A stretch of DNA of 25,162 nucleotides from IMG/VR virus record IMGVR_UViG_3300023262_000007, positions 1 through 25,162 of that record. One strand, given 5' to 3'. This document shows, in pieces, positions 23,501 through 25,162 of the stretch. Source of the stretch: a virus. Taxonomy: Duplodnaviria; Caudoviricetes. The notes beneath the pieces were generated by a model. It had not been told where the DNA came from and did no database searches. It was given only the letters and a program-made list of their open reading frames with translations. The first letter of the stretch is position 1. Each line of letters begins with the position of its first letter. The translations under genes and the position numbers were made by a program.

Positions 23501-25162
23501 CTGATTTGAGGCGGTTGTATAGGTATATGAACCCAGTGCCATTGAATTTACTGCATCCACCTTCTGCGATGCATTATATCCAGCAGAGTCTCCGATAAAT
23601 ATATTACCTGTGCCGGTGGTGTTATTCCATCCGGTAGCTGCTCCAATTCCAATATTGCCCCATCCTGTCGTGTTGCTATATAAAGAAGCGTACCCTAAAC
23701 CTAAATTATAAAACCCAATTGTGTTTGACCTTAATGCAGATACTCCATTTGCCGTATTACCGTACCCGGTTGTATTTACAATCATAGATTGAGTTCCGAT
23801 TGCGGAATTCCACGATCCGGTTGTATTAAGTTTTAATACTTGCCACCCAATTCCCATATTACTCGCCCCTGTCGTATTGCCGTTAAAAGCATCAGTTCCA
23901 ACAATCGTATTATTACTCGCTTGGTTTGTGGTTCCATCCATTGTAAAGTTCCCGGCACCCTCACCGATAAAAACATTGTGTCCAATCGGTGTGGTGTTTG
24001 CGAAATTATGAATGAACGACTCCCCTTCTTTATAAATCACCCCTGTTGAAGCAGATGTAGTGTTAACCAATTCAATAGATTTGTCGCTCTTTGGGAATAT
24101 CCGACCCGTTGTCGCATCCAGCCGCCATTGCACACTATCCTCAACCACCTCACCTTCCGGCCAGGGATATTTTAGAACAGTATCTCCGGTTGCAGACAAG
24201 GTCAATGCAAAGGTCGGCACCGTTACCAATGTATCCATATTTTTCATAACAACGGCAGAATCAAATTCAGAATAGCCACCGACATAAAGCGCATTAGGTG
24301 GTGCTGCCAACGGGCTGTACTCCGTATCCCTGTCGATATATAAAGCCACCCCAAATTGTGCAGCCATTATGTTCCCATTATCGACATGGTGCAATGTTCG
24401 TAATGTAGGGGTGCCTCCTGTGGTATCCCAAAGCGCAGCAGGGTAGTCAACACCAGCTACTGCCTGAGCCAATACTCCTGAAGTAGCTTTTAACATCCCC
24501 GTAATGTCATCATTAACTGTATCAATGTCAGGTTGTAGGTAATGCTGCCCACCCACATAGTTCAGTAAGTTGTCATGGTTGATCTTTGTTTCATCCACAT
24601 CAATAGAAAATGCCTGCAAGGCGGCACCAGTTGGAGTGCCACCTAGCGTTATTTTATTTGAGCCAGCGGTTACGTTAGCTGGGGTGATTGTAGGCTGTAA
24701 TCCTGTCGGTGTGAAAGTAACCGTATTACCCGCTTCTGTTACGTTTAAATATGTACTACCCGAAAGCGTTACATCCGTTGATCCAGAAGTATTAGAGTGT
24801 AATACAGAAGTATTAGCACCACCAGCCGTTACACTTATATCACCTTCGTTTGTAATTGAGCCATCTACCTCCGTTGCTGTAACCGTTATATTTGGATGCG
24901 ATCCTGTTACTACGTTAATCCCAGCCCCGTAAACTCTCGTAACGGTTGTATCTATCTTAATAGAATCATTCCGCACCCATTCATCCGTTCTGTCAGTTAG
25001 CATGGTTGTGTAATCCGCAAAAATAGAGTCCTGTAAATCCTCAGTACTTATAAACTGGACGAGCGAATCTCCGTACTCTATAACTAACACCATTAATGAA
25101 TCTACAAGAGTAGTTGAAATTATGTCCGTTATCATTAGCGAATCCGTTATAATCGTTCCTAA
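20555..25162 (-). CDS. Mosaic tail fibre / receptor-binding protein (5'-truncated)
   Basis: The frame is open to the window edge (LGTIITDSL precedes the track M). It contains NTTG..N..IG beta-roll repeats, a LamG-like domain, GNVGIGT, a peptidase S74 domain (SDSTMKE...IGYIAQEVE) and an extra C-terminal domain. Confidence 0.85.
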   Translation of the reverse strand, partial: LGTIITDSLMITDIISTTLVDSLMVLVIEYGDSLVQFISTEDLQDSIFADYTTMLTDRTDEWVRNDSIKIDTTVTRVYGAGINVVTGSHPNITVTATEVDGSITNEGDISVTAGGANTSVLHSNTSGSTDVTLSGSTYLNVTEAGNTVTFTPTGLQPTITPANVTAGSNKITLGGTPTGAALQAFSIDVDETKINHDNLLNYVGGQHYLQPDIDTVNDDITGMLKATSGVLAQAVAGVDYPAALWDTTGGTPTLRTLHHVDNGNIMAAQFGVALYIDRDTEYSPLAAPPNALYVGGYSEFDSAVVMKNMDTLVTVPTFALTLSATGDTVLKYPWPEGEVVEDSVQWRLDATTGRIFPKSDKSIELVNTTSASTGVIYKEGESFIHNFANTTPIGHNVFIGEGAGNFTMDGTTNQASNNTIVGTDAFNGNTTGASNMGIGWQVLKLNTTGSWNSAIGTQSMIVNTTGYGNTANGVSALRSNTIGFYNLGLGYASLYSNTTGWGNIGIGAATGWNNTTGTGNIFIGDSAGYNASQKVDAVNSMALGSYTYTTASNQFVYGNSSVTRHEFNGGSVFAPDLAVATGDTSVGFNPLTGEFYAKEDVALVTPANVTVGSTKITLAGTPTGAALQAFSIDVDETKINHDNLLNWVAGKHFLRSEIDSVDKDIPYTSTLEKMVMIDTVTGIIYRRSRIPVAVGDSIGEMLYWDGDSWEPAYGKHLIWDPTPGSMGINSYTPNARLEVIGEDEETAIIGISSGDNSIGGYFEITGVPGDGTGYAVYAHGEEDGGGAYGVWAQSDSSAGIALYATSQDGTALSVAGRANFSDYIEFDQAAAPSPTTDRLYNVSGDLFWNGTEVGAATSGNIADGDTTNEMAVWNETAGEYQATNYNGLNFDPATKSLYENSKKVINHQEINNTVADGKGMWLDGTNDNISLGTDTELDLGTGDGSYFVRFKNTGNDADYNFIFDVLDGTTNDRQEIIIGNGGLLRLYIKENNVAKYAEGTTDVGADGLVHSVAGTIDRSSATGLKIYLDGKEETYGTQEDPTSLTGSIASTGIKYVGISQNGTSYPFAGSIYSFSYWNMALSASEVLALSEGGATPYKYTGASNAELTSGTLTIGKQYRIVDWITNDDFTNIGGTNVDGNEFTATGTTPTTWTNSSVVIRIGEVLSLDPAGMSTATWYDQSGNGIDGTVSGAVVSNMPENTIVGRFLEAISAENTSIYSISSSNDKSAAAVIRNIGTQNNYILLAAYGSTHAGTSSGITRAGLTEMSWGNSTGFFFRGISNAPLYFATNNTVRMTVLGSGNVGIGTVSPSQLLTVDNGTSIGTYTTSGWVHASDSTMKEKIKPLRNTLGKIQALNGIMFVWKTKVGTGTNTTTTKKKQIGYIAQEVEPIIPEAVLYDSVNDTYSMAYSQVIPVITEAIKEQYRISTITTGGTATDTYTVNDTTGIPRAALASSIYYNSPTAIDFVAGYKQIGNGQYDGQIISITSFKNNYTITLDQGDNVKLDEGVTWVGGKGDEIVLKWVEELSNWYERSRSDN
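23180..23350 (-). repeat. 57-codon internal repeat in the tail fibre, copy 2
   Basis: TPANVTVGSTKITLAGTPTGAALQAFSIDVDETKINHDNLLNW...; a 26-bp exact core at 23235-23260. Confidence 0.9.
24515..24685 (-). repeat. 57-codon internal repeat in the tail fibre, copy 1
   Basis: TPANVTAGSNKITLGGTPTGAALQAFSIDVDETKINHDNLLNY...; a 26-bp exact core at 24570-24595. Confidence 0.9.

Noticed and set aside
23180-24685. Tail-fibre repeat pair as DGR template/variable repeats
   Set aside because: Differences are mostly synonymous and not adenine-specific, both copies are coding, and there is no reverse transcriptase in the window.
93-24932. All plus-strand ORFs and nested alternate-frame minus ORFs (16651, 21841, 22603)
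   Set aside because: They are shadows of well-supported minus-strand genes with no recognisable motifs. The nested 16651 ORF has no lipobox, so it is not an o-spanin.

Overview
This is a fragment of a tailed dsDNA phage genome. All credible genes are on the minus strand, so transcription order runs from high to low coordinates. The order is: (1) a 5'-truncated mosaic tail-fibre gene; (2) a GH16 lipoprotein and a secreted cohesin-like protein; (3) a lysis block with two holin-like proteins, a stand-alone receiver (CheY-like) domain, a peptidase M15A endolysin, a metallophosphoesterase and a spanin-like membrane protein; (4) an intergenic promoter; (5) early genes (Cro-like HTH, ERF, YqaJ exonuclease, SSB-like); (6) a hypervariable array of small chimeric ORFs joined at shared microhomologies; (7) a GT4 glycosyltransferase; (8) a promoter and structured leader; (9) replication genes (DUF4373-type initiator, DnaB-like helicase); (10) an MTase, NinG, a DnaA-domain-IV protein, a GT25 glycosyltransferase and a ParB-MTase fusion; (11) the terminase small subunit and the start of the large subunit. 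TAnnTTTG promoter elements, a signal peptide ending before Gln and the gene families suggest a Bacteroidota host (inference). The most notable features are the combinatorial cassette array at about 9.8-12.6 kb next to the ERF/YqaJ recombination genes, the receiver domain between holin and endolysin, the GH16 lipoprotein/cohesin pair, and a three-way-junction leader with a uORF upstream of the replication initiator. All family calls come from motif recognition by eye; no searches were run.
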